Shown: positions 51,828 through 64,000 of the stretch, in pieces
How the letters are laid out: each line of letters opens with the position of its first letter
Numbering within the stretch: position 1 is the stretch's first letter
NCBI RefSeq assembly: GCF_963921235.1
Contig: NC_086108.1
Coordinates: 108,440,001-108,504,000 of the forward strand
DNA: 64,000 nucleotides
DNA from: Mobula hypostoma
Lineage: Eukaryota
Direction of reading: 5' to 3'
Translations under genes and position numbers: made by a program
The notes under the pieces: model-generated
Databases searched by the model: none
Told to the model about the DNA's origin: nothing
Seen by the model: the letters and a program-made list of their open reading frames with translations, nothing else

Positions 51828-53562
51828 GGACGGTGGAAAAGTGTGTATGGAACCGGAGGAGATAGCAGAGGTATTTAATGAATACTTTGCTTTGGTATTC
51901 AATGCGGAAAAGGATCTTGGCAATTGTAGGGATGACTTACAGTGGACTGAAAAGCTTGAGTATATAGACATTAAGAAAGAGGATGTGCTGGAGCTTTTGG
52001 AAAACATCAAGTTGGGTAAGTCACTGAGACCGGACAAGATGTACCCCAGGCTGTTGTAGGAGGCGAGGTAGGAGATTACTGAGCCTCTGGCAATGATCTT
52101 TACATCATCAATGGGAATGGGAGAGGTTCCGGAGGATTGGAGGGTTGCAGATGTTGTTCCCTTATTCAAGAAAGGGAGTAGGGATAGCCCATGGAAATTA
52201 GAGACCAGTGAGTCTTACTTCAGTGGTTGGTAAGTTGATGGAGAAGATCCTGAGAGGCAGGATTTATGAACATTTGGAGAGGCATAATATGATTATAGGA
52301 ACAGTCAGCACAGCTTTGTCAAAGGCAGGTCGTGCCTTACGAGCCTGACTGAATTTTTTGAGGATGTGACTAAACACATTGATGAAGGTAGAGCAGTAGA
52401 TGTAGTGTATATGGATTTCAGCAAGGCATTTGATAAGGTACCCCAGACAAGGCTGATTGAGGAAGTAAGGAGACATGGGATCCAGGGGGCATGGTTTTGT
52501 GGATCCAGAATTAGCTTGCCCACAGGAGGCAAAGAAGGGTCACATTCTGCATGGAAGTCGGTGACCAGTGGTGTGCCTCAGGGATCTGTTCTGGGATCCC
52601 TTCTCTTTGTGATTTTTATAAATGACCTGGATGAGGAAGTGGAGGGATGGGTTTGTAAATTTGCTGATGACACAAAGGTTGGGGGTGTTGTGGATAGTGT
52701 GGAAGGCTGTCGGAGGTTACAGTGGGACATCGATAGGATGCAAAACTGAGCTGAGAAGTGGCAGATGGAGTTCAACCCAGGTAAGTGTGAGATGGTTCAT
52801 TATGGTAGGTCAAATATGATGGCAGATTACAATATTAATGGAAAGACTCTTGGCAGTGTGGAGGATCGGACGGATCTTGAGGTCTGAGTCCATAGGACAC
52901 TCAAAGAGGCTGCACAGGTTGACTCTGTGGTTAAGAAGGCATATGGTGCATTGGCCTTCATCAATCATGGGACTGAGTTTAAGAGCCGAGAGGTAATGTT
53001 GCAACTATATAGGACCCTGGTCAGACCCTACATGGTGTACTGTGCTCAATTCTGGTCGCCTCACTACAGGAAGGATGTGGAAACTATAGAAAGGGTGCAG
53101 AGGAGATTTACAAGGATGTTGCCTTGATTGGGGAGCATACCTCATGAGGATAGGTTGAGTGAACTCAGCCTTTTCTCCTTGGAGCGACGGAGGATGAGAG
53201 GTGACCTGATAGAGGTGTATAAGATGATGAGAGGCATTGTTCATGTGGATAGTCAGAGGCTTTTTCCCAGGGCTGAAATGGCTAATGCGAGAAGTCACAG
53301 TTTTAAGGTGCTTGGCAGTAGGTACAGAGGAGATGTCAGGGGTAAGTTTTTTACGCAGAGAGTGGTGATTATGTGGAATGGGCTACCAGCAACGGTGGTG
53401 GAGGCGGATACGATAGGGTCTTTTAAGAGACTCCTGGATAGGTACATGAAGCTTAGAAAAATAGAGGGCTATGGGTAACCCTAGGTAATTTCTAAAGTAA
53501 GTGCATGTTCAGCACAGCATTGTGGGCCGAAGGGCCTGTATTGTGCTGTAGGTTTTCTATGT
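51828..53562 (+). mobile_element. CR1 LINE (RT to 3' UTR) inserted in a Rex1/Babar RT remnant (~51500-51827 and ~53563-54090)
   Basis: [32 protein letters not shown]; host shows WCHNNNLATKVSKTIELIVDY and FKFL. Confidence 0.9.
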
Positions 53563-55055
53563 TTTATTGGTTTCAGCTCGGTGTTCAAAACCATCCACCC
53601 CTCAGTATTAGTTAACAAGCTCCAAAACCTGGGCCTCTGTACTTCCCTCTGCAATTGGACCACAGTCCATGAGAACCAGAAATAACATCTCAATAGAGGA
53701 AATAACAAATCAAGGATGAATGCTTAGCATGCTGCTCTTCTCTCTGTACACCCATGACTATGTGGCTAGGCACTGATACAAATTTGCTGATGATGCCTGT
53801 GACGTTGGAAGAATCTCAGATAGTGTTGAGGAGGTGTATAGGGGTGAGACAGGTCAGCTGGAGGATTGGTGTCATAACAACAACCTTGCAACCAAGGTCA
53901 GTAAGACTATAGAATTGATTGTGGACTACGAGAAGAGGAAGTTGAGGGAACACAAAACAGTCCTCATAGAGGGATCAGTGGTGGAAAGGGTGAGCAGGTT
54001 CAAGTTCCTGAGCATCATCATCTCTGAAGATCTATCCAGGGCCCAACATACTGATGGAATTGCGAAGAAGGCAGAACAGCATCTATATTGCTGGGTGAGA
54101 CCAGGTGAGGTGGAAGGTGGGATGAAATAAGAAGCTGGGAGGTAATAGGTGGAAGAGGTAAAGGGCAGAAGAATAAGGACTTTGATAGGAGAGGGCCATG
54201 GTGAGTCTGGATAGCGCATGGTCAAAAGTCAGAGAGCAGCAGAGATCACAAAGAAGGAGCAATGAGAGAAGGTCTCTCTCTCTCCCACCCATCCACCTCT
54301 CCCTCACTTGGTCTCGTCTATCATTTGTCAGCTTGAGCTCTTCCCCTCTTCCCCTCCCCGGCCTTCTATTCTGGCATCTGCTCTCCCTTCCATTCCAGTC
54401 CTTATGAAGGGTCTTGGCCTAAAATATCAACTGTGTTTTCCGCACCGTAGGTGCTGCCTAACCTGCTGAGATCCTCCAGCATTTTGTTTGTGTTGGACCC
54501 CAATGTCTCTCTGGTGCAGATCAGAAAAGGGGGAAAATTACACAATCATATTCTGAGAAGAAGCCCACTGAGGTGGGTGGTGCCTTCACACCAACTGTTA
54601 CAGGCACACTGGAACTTATGACAACGAGCCAGAATTCTCTGTGCTCTCTGCTCTTCGGACCTCAGTGAAGCTGGCCAAACTTCAGGAAAAGCAAGGTAGA
54701 AGGGGAAAAGAGGCAGATTCAGATTTATTAGTCATATGTACATCAAAACACTGTTTGTGTTAATAACCAGCCCAACCCAAGGATGTACTTGGGGTAGCCC
54801 ACATTGTCACCACGCATTCTGGCATCGACATAGCGTGCTCACAACGTTCAGCAGAATGACACAAACAACAACAGCAAAACAACTCAGCAACAACAAGACA
54901 AGGCCCTTTACCACCCTTCTCACCCTCCCACTATCCCATTCACACACTGAGCAAGGTCTCCAGCCCCAGGACAGGCTGCATCCAGGCCTCCTGAATTGTC
55001 CCCAAATTCTCCAATCTGCAGGCACCAGGGCTCTAAATATCAGACTTCACTCTAG

Positions 55056-55613
55056 CAGACATCCCACCTCTCCTGGAACTTCCGGGAGTCTCCCGCATAT
55101 TAATAGTGGCTCCCTGATGCCCACAAGTTATATACAATATCGCAGAAATGAATTTTTTGAGAGCAAGCGAGAGAAAAGCAAGACAGAGTGTGAGAGCGAC
55201 CACGAGAGAGAGAGAGAGAGAGAGCGTGAGCGAGAAAGCAAGTGAGAAAGCGAGAGAGAGAGAGCATGAGCGAGAGCGCGCTATTGAAGTGTTCCAAAAA
55301 AAAACGTACGTCACCTCAGACTACACTAAAGTGTACCCCTGCCTAATAGGGGTCAAAATAATGACAGTGTTGCTCGCTGCACTGTTTGCAACAGTGACTT
55401 TTCTATTGCCCATGGTGGGTTAAGACTGTAAAAGACGTGTTGAGGTGAGTTTAACAGGTGTCATTCATTCATTGGCATAGCTAACGTTATTTAAACTAGC
55501 TGGCCAGCTGCTAAGGAGCTACTCTATTGCAGACATCCCACCTCTCCCGGAAGTCTCCCGCAAATTGATGGTGCTACCTCCCTGAAATGAATTTTTGCAG
55601 GGTGGGATGTCTG
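55056..55613. mobile_element. Non-autonomous TIR DNA transposon with 6-bp TSD; partial inverted copy near 57170-57330
   Basis: TIR cagacatcccacc / ggtgggatgtctg; ctctag at 55050-55055 and 55614-55619; extra internal TIR at 55530. Confidence 0.82.
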
Positions 55614-58096
55614 CTCTAGAACTGGCAGCATACAGGCCTTGTCACCGGATTCTCTGACTCGGGCCTCCCAAATTGGATTTCACTGCAGGATATTAATAAC
55701 AGGTTGGACCCTCAGGACTTGACTTCTGGCCTTGCCTAGACCTCTGACCCTGGTGATCCAGGACCGTGAGACTTCCTCAGGCTCTCATGACTCTTTCAGG
55801 CCCTTGTATCTCCTTCAGACCTTTTCTTCCAGTTCTCCGACCTTCAGATTTCTACCTCTGCTTTGCCCTCTGGATATTTGGGCCTCTACTTCCGAACATG
55901 CTTGAACTTTGACTTTATGACTGTTTGTTCCAAGTTATTTTATTTATTCAGAGACATAGCACAGTAGCAGGCCCTTCTGGCTAGATGAGCCCGTACCGCC
56001 CAATTACACCCATGCAACCAACTAACGCAATAACCTGGACTTCTTTGGAATGTGGGAGGAAACCAGAGAACCTGGAAGAAACCAACGCGGTCACAGGGAG
56101 AACATACAAACTTCTTACAGCCAGCAGCAGATTTAAACCAGTGTCACTGGCATTGTAACATTGTTATGCTAACTGCTACGTTACCGTGCCATCCAACACC
56201 AATGATTCAATCAGTTAAAAATGGATTGTAGTTTTTAAAAAATCACCGACAGGAAAAGCATTAAAATGAAAATCTCATCTCGGAGCAATTGGACAAAATG
56301 ATGAGAATTGGCATGCCAGAAATCGAAGTTTAAGGAAGGATTTATAAACTCAAAAATGAAAATGAATTAGGTTCAATTATGAAAAAAAGAAATTTTTAAT
56401 TCTGGCCATGGTTATTAATTATGTGAATATGTCAGATAGGAGATAATCAGATGGAAATAATAGCAAAGTATGCAGATTGTGTAATTATCTAATCGGGCCC
56501 ATCCTACTCTAATTAACAGAATCACTAGCATGCCAATGAGTTACAAGCAAGATAAAACAGAAGTGTTGTCACCTTAAGGGATGTCTTAAAAACCAATACA
56601 TCTCGATGTAAAATAATGACGGATTTCATACCCACATTATCTTAATCTTCCCAACTTGAGGTTTAATTAGAAGCTACACTTTCAGCTGTATCTTTGCTCT
56701 GAAGCACTTCAGGGAATTTTTTTTTATTGAAAACTGACTGGCTGTGATTTTTTTTGGTTGCAAATGATCTTAATTTTGTCAAAACACCAAGGGTCTTCTG
56801 CAGAGCAAAATTCCTTTCATCCCCCTTGGCTCAGAACATTGCCAGGTGTGGGAGCTTGCTGTGCTAAATTGACTACTGTGGTCCCTTGAGTTACAGCATT
56901 TTCAAGTTATCTCGTTGAGGACTTTAAAATTTCCTTTCAGTTCTTTCCTAAATTCACAAGATGGTAGAAAAGGTTATGGATTAAGGGTGGAAGGTGAAAA
57001 GTTTAAGGGGAACATGAGAGGAATCTGCTTCACTGAAGAGGGTTGTGAGTGTGGGAAATCAGCTGCCAGCACAAGTGGTACATGTAAGTTCGATCTCAAT
57101 GTGTAAGAGAATTTGGATAGGTACATGGATGGGAGGGGTATGGAGGACTATGGTCCCAGTGCAGGGAGTAGGCTCTTGCACTCGCTCTCTCACTCTCTCT
57201 CTCACGCATTCTCTCACGCTCGCTCTCAAAAAAATCAATTTCCGGGACATTGTATATAACTTGCGGGCATCAGGGAGCCACTATTAATTTGCGGGAGACT
57301 CCCAGAACTCTGGGAGAGGTGGGATGTCTGTGCTTATTTCCTCCCAAACTAGTTTCCAAGTCTTCCACCTTGGCTTTCATAACTTGGCATCGCAACGGCT
57401 CTGCAGATGACTACAAGAAAATGCAGCTCAGCACATCACAATTATCTCTCTCAACCGCATTCTCCTGTGCTCTCCCTTCGACACCCTGACTATCAAGGAC
57501 ATATCAACCTTCACTTTAAATATACCCAATGACTTGGCCTCCACAGTCAATTCCACAGATTTACCCGCCCCCCCGCCGTTAAAGAAATTCCTCTCCTCAT
57601 CTCTGTTTTAAAAGGACATCCCCTTATTCTGAGGCTGTGCATTCTAATCATAGATTCACCCACTACAGGAAACATCCTCACCACATCCACTCTATCTGGG
57701 CCTTTCAATATTCGATAGGTTTCAATGATGTCCCTTCTCATTCTTATCAGCGCCAGATTAATGGGATCTTGCTATGTACAAACTGTCCATTTCTGACATT
57801 TCAACCATGACCAGATTTCAAAGGCAGTTGGCTGTGAGGTAGTGAGCGGGAACAAAAGCCTGCTCCAACATTCAATTATAACTGATTTTTTTCCAACCCC
57901 CGTTCTCCAGCTTTTCCCCCAGAACCCATCAATCTCAGTTTTAAATATACCCAATGGCTCAGTTTCCACAGCCACCTGTGGCAAAGAATTCCACAACTTC
58001 ATCATCCTCAGGATGAAGATATTCCTCCTCATCTCTATTCTAAAAGAACGCCTCTCCGTTCTGAGTCCGTGCCCTCTGGTCCTAGACTTACTCAGG

Positions 58097-58708
58097 CACG
58101 AAGAAACCTGCAGATGCTGGTATTTCAAGCAACACACATAAAAATTGCTGGTGAACGCAGCAGGTCAGGCAGCATCCCTAGGAAGAGGTACAGACGACAT
58201 TTAGGGCCGAGACCCTTCGTGAGGACTAACTGAAAGAAGAGCTAGTAAGAGATTTGAAATTGGGAGGGAGAGGGGGAGATCCGAAATGATAGGAGAAGAC
58301 AGGAGGGGAGGGATGAAGCTAAGAGCTGGGAAGTTGATTGGCAAAAGTGATATGAGGTTGGAGAAGGGAGAGGATCATGGAATGGGAGGCCTAGGGAGAA
58401 ATAAAGGGAGAGGGGGGAAGCCCAGAGGATGGACAAGGAGTCTAGTGAGAGGGACAGAGGGAGAAAAAGAGAGAGGAAAAAAATATAATAATAATAAACA
58501 AATAACAGATGGGGTACGAGGGGGAGGTGAGGCATTAACGGAAGTTAGAGAAGTCAATGTTCATGCCATCAGGTATCAGGTATCATCTCTTACTATCTCT
58601 TCTTTCAGTTAGTCCTGACGAAGGGTCTCGGCCTGAAACGTCGACTGTACCTCTTCCTAGAGATGCTGCCTGGCCTGCTGTGTTCACCAGCAACTTTTAT
58701 GTCTGTTG
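58097..58708. mobile_element. PLE inverted pair with 15-bp TSD, same subfamily as 10051-11363
   Basis: Minus arm 58097-~58573, short plus arm ~58585-58708; TSD ctaga(c/t)ttactcagg at 58082-58096 and 58709-58723. Confidence 0.9.
58611..58647 (+). ncRNA. Minimal type I hammerhead ribozyme motif
   Basis: AGUC-CUGACGA-AGG(GUCUCGG)CCU-GAAA-C-GUC-GACU: intact core and stem I AGUC/GACU. Confidence 0.8.
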
Positions 58709-61202
58709 CTAGATTTACTCAGGGTATGTTGGACGGTGAGAGGTCTAAAGTTAGACTTTCATCAGAACTATGACAAGATCGAAAATGGGCTTGTTTTAAA
58801 CAGAGAGGTTTCGAAGACAGCAAAAATTCCCCCTTACCTACAACTTACAAGATATTCAGTTTCTAACTTTTTTTAAGGTTGTCTTGAACTTGCTTTGGCC
58901 ACAGCAGGAGGACTGTGTGATTCCAAGACAGCACATTTTAGAAATGATGTGGCTGCCACAGAGAAGGTGTGGAAAGAATTTAGTTGACTTAAAGCAGGAT
59001 GAGAGATTTTGTCGACAAGATCAAAAGGCTGGTCCTGGTGAATGGTCTCAGCCCGAAATGTCGACTGTTTATTCCTATCCGTAGATGTTGGCTGATCTGC
59101 TGAGTTCTTCCAGCATTTTGTGCAAGAAGACTGGTGTTGTTCTTGGGGTAGAGAAGAAAGAGGGGGTTTGATGGAGATGGACAAGGTCATGACTAGGTTC
59201 ATGGAACATAGAACATACAGCACAGGACAGACCCTTCGACCCATAATGTTGTGCTGAACCAATTAAATTAGTAATCAAACTAATGTGCTTTATCTCTAAA
59301 CTACGCAGTGACCTTACAAGGTTTTAATCCAATACTGAGCAGGGGAAATCTTGCTCCTTCACAAGGATGGTCAGTGGTGAATGTGGCCCTTTCGAACACA
59401 GAACAGAGAACAGTACAGCTCAGGGACACAGCCTTCGGCCCACAATGTTATGTTGAACCAATTAAATTAGTAATCAAATAGTTAACTAAACTAATCATTT
59501 CTGCCTACACAATGTCCATATTTTTCTATTTTCCTCACGTGCATGTGCCTTTCTATAAGTCCTGAATGTTTCTGCCTCTATCGTTATTCCAGGTACCCAC
59601 CACACTCTGTGTAAAAAAAAACTTGCCCCTCACATCTCTTTCGAAATTACCCCCTCATAGTTCAGAGAGAGTGAGTAGGAGGAATTGTTCCCATTAACGG
59701 GTGACTGAAAGACCAGGAGACACAGTTTAAAAAAGATATGGGGCTGTGTGGATATGAGGGCCAACATTTCTTGCAGATTCAGATTCATTTATTTATCACG
59801 TGTACAGCAAAACACACAGTGAAATGTGTCATCTGTGTTAACAACCAACTCAGCTGAAGGGTGTGCTGGGGGCAGCCTGCAAGTGTCGCCACATATTCCA
59901 GTTCCACTACAGCACGGCCACAATGCTTGGCAGAATAACACAAGCAATACAACAAGAGGGCAACAAGCAACAAACCAGCTGCAGCAGAACAAGCCCTTTC
60001 CCTGCCTCCCACCCGCCTACCCGCTCTCTCACATGGATTGTCCTCCAACGCCCGGACAGGCTGTTTCCAGGCCTCCGCCCTCCCGCAGACTCGCAGACAC
60101 CAGACTCCCCCAATGAACTTGCAGTCTCGCGGACGCAGGGCTGCGTCCATCGGTTCTCAACTGCCGGCTCTTGGACTGACCTTCAGCACTCAGCAATGAT
60201 GGGACCCTGAATTCCAGGCCTCGACCTCTGGACTCGCCAGTGACAATTTCATTGCAGGGAGTGGTGTTGGTATTGGTTTAACATTGTCACATGCACTGTG
60301 ATATAGTACACAGCACTGTTTGTGGCAGCGGGAAGAGTGGTCGGGGACAGTGGAAGGGAGGCTGGATTGGGTAGCATTCAAAACTTCTTGAGGTCCTGGA
60401 CAGAGCCGGCTGGTATTGGTCTTTGCAAACAGAGTCAAACAGGTCCGAAACATCAATTCTTCTATTCCTTTCCATAGATGCTGCCTGACCCATTGAGTTC
60501 CTCCAGTATCTTTTTGTTTATTCTTCATTGTTTATGGAGATATAGTGTGGAATAAGCCCTTCTGGTTCTTTGAATCGCATCACCCAGCAAACTCTGAGTT
60601 AACCCGAGCCTAATCATGGGACAGTTTACAATGACCTGTTAACCTGCTAACTGGTATACGTGTGGGCTGAGGGGGGGAAAGCGTAGCAGATGGAGAAAAT
60701 CCACACGCTCCATAGGGAGAACGTACAAACTCCTTACAGGTGATACTTTCTTACTTACTGCCCGTTACGCTGCTGGCATTTAGAGCACCAATGGAGGTCC
60801 TCCATCTCTGGTGGCATTCAGGGCCTCCTTCATCGTGCCAGTAGCCTCCTCTCGGTTTCTACTACCGTCAGCCATGTCAGTAGTGGAGACTCAGGAACAC
60901 CATCCCACACAGATTTAGAAGGATAATCCATTGCTGTTTCCATCACAATTTTGTTTTACCAGTCAGGTTTGTTGGCCTTGAGCTGAACCCCCGAACCTGG
61001 AGGACCAGTGGGCCACTCTTAGTCTGGCCTCTACCCTTTGACCTGTTGGCATAGGTGACCCTACCATGAGCCAAAGCTCCAGCCAACACCATAGCTCTCC
61101 GGGTCATTGAGACATGCAAGCCTCCAAACCACGACAAGGTTGTGGCCCTCTTGGAGGCCACGATGATGTCGGAATTGACCTCCAAACTCTGATGCCCCGA
61201 GC

Positions 61203-61688
61203 TGTAATATCACCTGTCAGGTGGGGAGTTGGCCTACTGGCTGGTCAAAAGCCCCGTCCACCATGTTGGTCATTGATTGGCACATTTAAAGGATGCAGCC
61301 AGTCTTACCCTGTGGTTGGCTTGTCTGCCGTGGCTCCAGTTTCTGGTTCCGCGCACCTTGGGAGTGTAAGAATAGGACGTGTGAGAGACTCGGTCTCTTT
61401 CCTTTCTCTCCAGGGCCTGCTTCAGGCTGAAGCCATGACCTGTGCTAAAGGACCATTTAGAAAAAGCATTGCAGGCACAGATGGGCGCCCCCCACCCCCC
61501 GGCTTTTGTTTTGTTATGTGTTCATTTGTAGCATGCTTAGTTCTTCAGTCTTATAACCTGGGGAGATTTAAGGGAGTACCCATTAAGTTAAAGTGTGACT
61601 GGATGTTCAATATTATAGTTTTGTGTAGTTTAGGTGAGCGCTTGCTTAGCTGGACACCTGGTTTTGTGTTTCAACGTTCATTTATACA
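61203..61688 (+). mobile_element. Possible solo LTR
   Basis: TGTAA...TACA termini, ATTGG and TTTAAA promoter-like motifs; no TSD seen. Confidence 0.35.
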
Positions 61689-61689
61689 T

Positions 61690-62620
61690 ACCAATCCTCA
61701 TAGAGGGGCCAGAAGTGGAGAGAGTGAGCAGTTTCAAGTAAATGCAAAATAATCTGCAGATGCTGGGATCAAAGCAACACTCACAACACGATGGAAGAAC
61801 TCAGCAGGTCGGGCAGCATCAGTGGAAATGATGAGTCGACGTTTCGGGCCGGAACCTGATGAAGGGTTCCGGCCTGAAATGTCGACTCATCGTTTCCACT
61901 GATGCTGCCTGACCTGCTGAGTTCTTCCAGCGTGTTGTGAGCAGTTTCAAGTTCCTGGGTGTCAAGATCTCTGCGTTCTAACCTGGTTCCAACATATCTA
62001 TGCAGTTATAAAGAAGGCAAGACAGTGACTGTACTTCGTTAGGAGTTTGAAGAGGTTTGGTATGTCAACAAAAACACTCAAAAACTTCTATAGTTGTACT
62101 GTGGAGAGCATTCTGACAGGCTGCATCACTGTCTGGTATGGAGGGGCTAAACTGCACAGGACCAAAAGAAGCTGCAAAGGGTCGTAAATTTAGTTAGCTC
62201 CATCTTGGGCACTAGCCTACAAAGTACCCAAGACATCTTCAAGGAGCGATGTCTCAGAAAGGCAGCGTCCATTATTAAGGACCTCCAGCACCCAGGGCAT
62301 GCCCTTTTCTCACTGTTACCATCAGGTAGGAGGTACAGAAGCTTGAAGGCACACACTCAGTGATTCAGGAACAGCTTCTTCCCCTCTGCCAACCAATTCC
62401 TAAACGAACAGTAAACCCATGAACACTACCTCACTTTTTAAATATATATTATTTCTGTTTTTGCACAATTTTTAATCTATTCAATATACGTAAACTGAAA
62501 TTGATTGATTTATTTATTTTTATTTTTTCTTCTTCTATATTATGTATTGTATTGAACTGCTACTGCTAAGTTAACAAATTTTGCAACACGTGCCAGTGAT
62601 AATAAACCTGATTCTGATTC
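61690..62620 (+). mobile_element. Rex1/Babar LINE 3' portion interrupted by a PLE palindrome
   Basis: FKFLGV, KKARQ, VESILTGCITVWYG, KDLQHPGHALFSLLPSGRRYRSLK; aataaa and (ctgatt)n tail. Confidence 0.85.
61740..61936. mobile_element. Near-perfect PLE-derived palindrome with 16-bp TSD
   Basis: Arms ~61780-61855 and ~61863-61941 are reverse complements; TSD gtgagcagtttcaagt at 61724-61739 and 61937-61952. Confidence 0.9.
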
Positions 62621-62717
62621 TAAATAAATAGCTAACGTGCCTATTTGCAATTTGTACCTTCTGTTTCATTCATTGGATCCACAAACCATCCTCCACATGA
62701 CAGGGTTGCACTAATTG

Positions 62718-62722
62718 ATGTG

Positions 62723-62753
<31 letters not shown>

Positions 62754-62768
62754 TGTATCTGCGTGTGT
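62718..62768. repeat. (TG)n microsatellite
   Basis: Interrupted TG run. Confidence 0.9.
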
Positions 62769-63264
62769 TTTGTTTTGTTTCGTTTCTGCAGGAGAGGCTT
62801 CTTCCAGAAGTTTTGTACCGATATTTGTTCCCTTTCGCAGTAGAAGAGGGTTAATTTGTAAAACTCATGGAGCCTCTTCATTTCGCAGGGGAACTTCCTC
62901 CCATGTTTTGAGCGTACACAAAGGATCAGCCTTGCGTTCAGTAAACCCTGCCATCATACACGCGTTTCTTTTGTTAGTGGTTGTTTTTGTTTCTGTTGTT
63001 GAAAGAATACACTGTATCACCTATCCCCTGACGGATTTGCTGCACCATTCCCGGTTCTCCTGGAGGGTAGAGGCTGTGTTGAACTTGTTTACAGGGGTTA
63101 ATCACTGCGAGGGTCCAGAGACGTTATTGCGATTCGCTCTACTGAAGGTAAGGACGGTCTGCAGAGAATTACACACTGCGGGGCAGTCAAAACAATGCAG
63201 TCATATTGGATTCCAGTAAAAACTGCGATCTATTCAATCCTTCACACTGTTCAGGGAGTTCAGA

Positions 63265-63670
63265 AACACAAGATATCCAGAGCAATTCACACAAAATGCT
63301 GGAGCAACTCAGCAAGTCGGGCAGCATCTACGGAGAGGAAGGAGCAGGTTTGGGCCAAGACCCTTCGTCAGGACTCATATGAAGGGTCTCAGCCCGAAAC
63401 ATCGGCTCTTCGTTCCCTCACACAAATGCTCTGAGTTCCTCCAGCATTTTGAAAACCCAACCAAGTCTGCAGGTGCTGGAAATCCAAAGCACACACACAA
63501 AATGCAGGTCGGGAGCATCTATGGAGAGGAATAGATAGTCAATGTTTCGGGCTGAGGTCCTTCTTCAGGACTGAGAAGGAAGTGGAAAGGTGCCAGAATA
63601 AAGAGGTGAGGGGAGGGGAAGGAGGCTAGCTGGAAGGTGACGGGTGAAGCTAGGTGGGTGGGAAAGTCGA
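63265..63670. mobile_element. Degraded PLE inverted pair followed by another PLE terminal fragment
   Basis: Facing hammerhead remnants gacccttcgtcaggact / tgaagggtctcagcccgaaac; another minus-strand copy at 63465-63670. Confidence 0.7.
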
Positions 63671-64000
63671 GAGAGATAGATAGATAGATATACTTTATTA
63701 ATCCCGAGGGAAATTTGGTTTTGTAACAGCCGCACCAACCAAGAATAGAGCGTAAATATAGCAATACAAAAACCACCAACAATCAAACAGCAAAATGCAA
63801 ACTATGCCAGCTGGAAAATAAGTCCAGGACCAGTCTATTGGCTCAGGGTGTCTGACCCTCCACGGGAGGAGCTGCACGTTCGATGGCCACAGGCAGGAAC
63901 GAACTCCCGTGCCACCAAGTGTTGTATCACGGTGGAATGTGGCCAAAGTCCCACAGTAAAAAGTTCAATATCCAGTCTGCAAACACGTTCCTCCATTGTA

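Noticed and set aside
56826..56848. Resemblance to miR-24/miR-23 sequences
   Set aside because: Only short partial matches and no precursor hairpin seen
61114..61752. 212-aa ORF
   Set aside because: Spans a SINE-like piece, an LTR-like piece and a LINE; no domain recognised

Overview
Vertebrate genomic DNA, most likely a cartilaginous fish (inferred from the repeat families, not proven). The only recognisable host gene is the last coding exon of a latrophilin, best matching ADGRL2 (517-1259, +, ending in the PDZ-binding motif ...QLITSL), with its 3' UTR to about 2.7 kb. The remaining ~61 kb has no other recognisable gene. It is dominated by nested mobile DNA: CR1 LINEs, Rex1/Babar LINE pieces, an L1 3' end, tRNA-derived SINEs, Tc1/pogo and hAT-like MITEs, solo-LTR-like pieces and many Penelope-like elements (PLEs). 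The most notable pattern is in the PLE insertions. At least six (about 0.12-2.1 kb) are tail-outward inverted pairs; five have 13-16 bp target-site duplications. In each, exactly one arm carries a ~30-nt terminal tail, and the arms carry minimal hammerhead-ribozyme motifs. Other leads: two candidate in-frame latrophilin microexons, a possible downstream alternative last exon, compound MITEs with mini-element ends, a 6-bp-TSD transposon and a CpG-undepleted AT-rich island. All calls were made by eye; repeat boundaries without a TSD are approximate.
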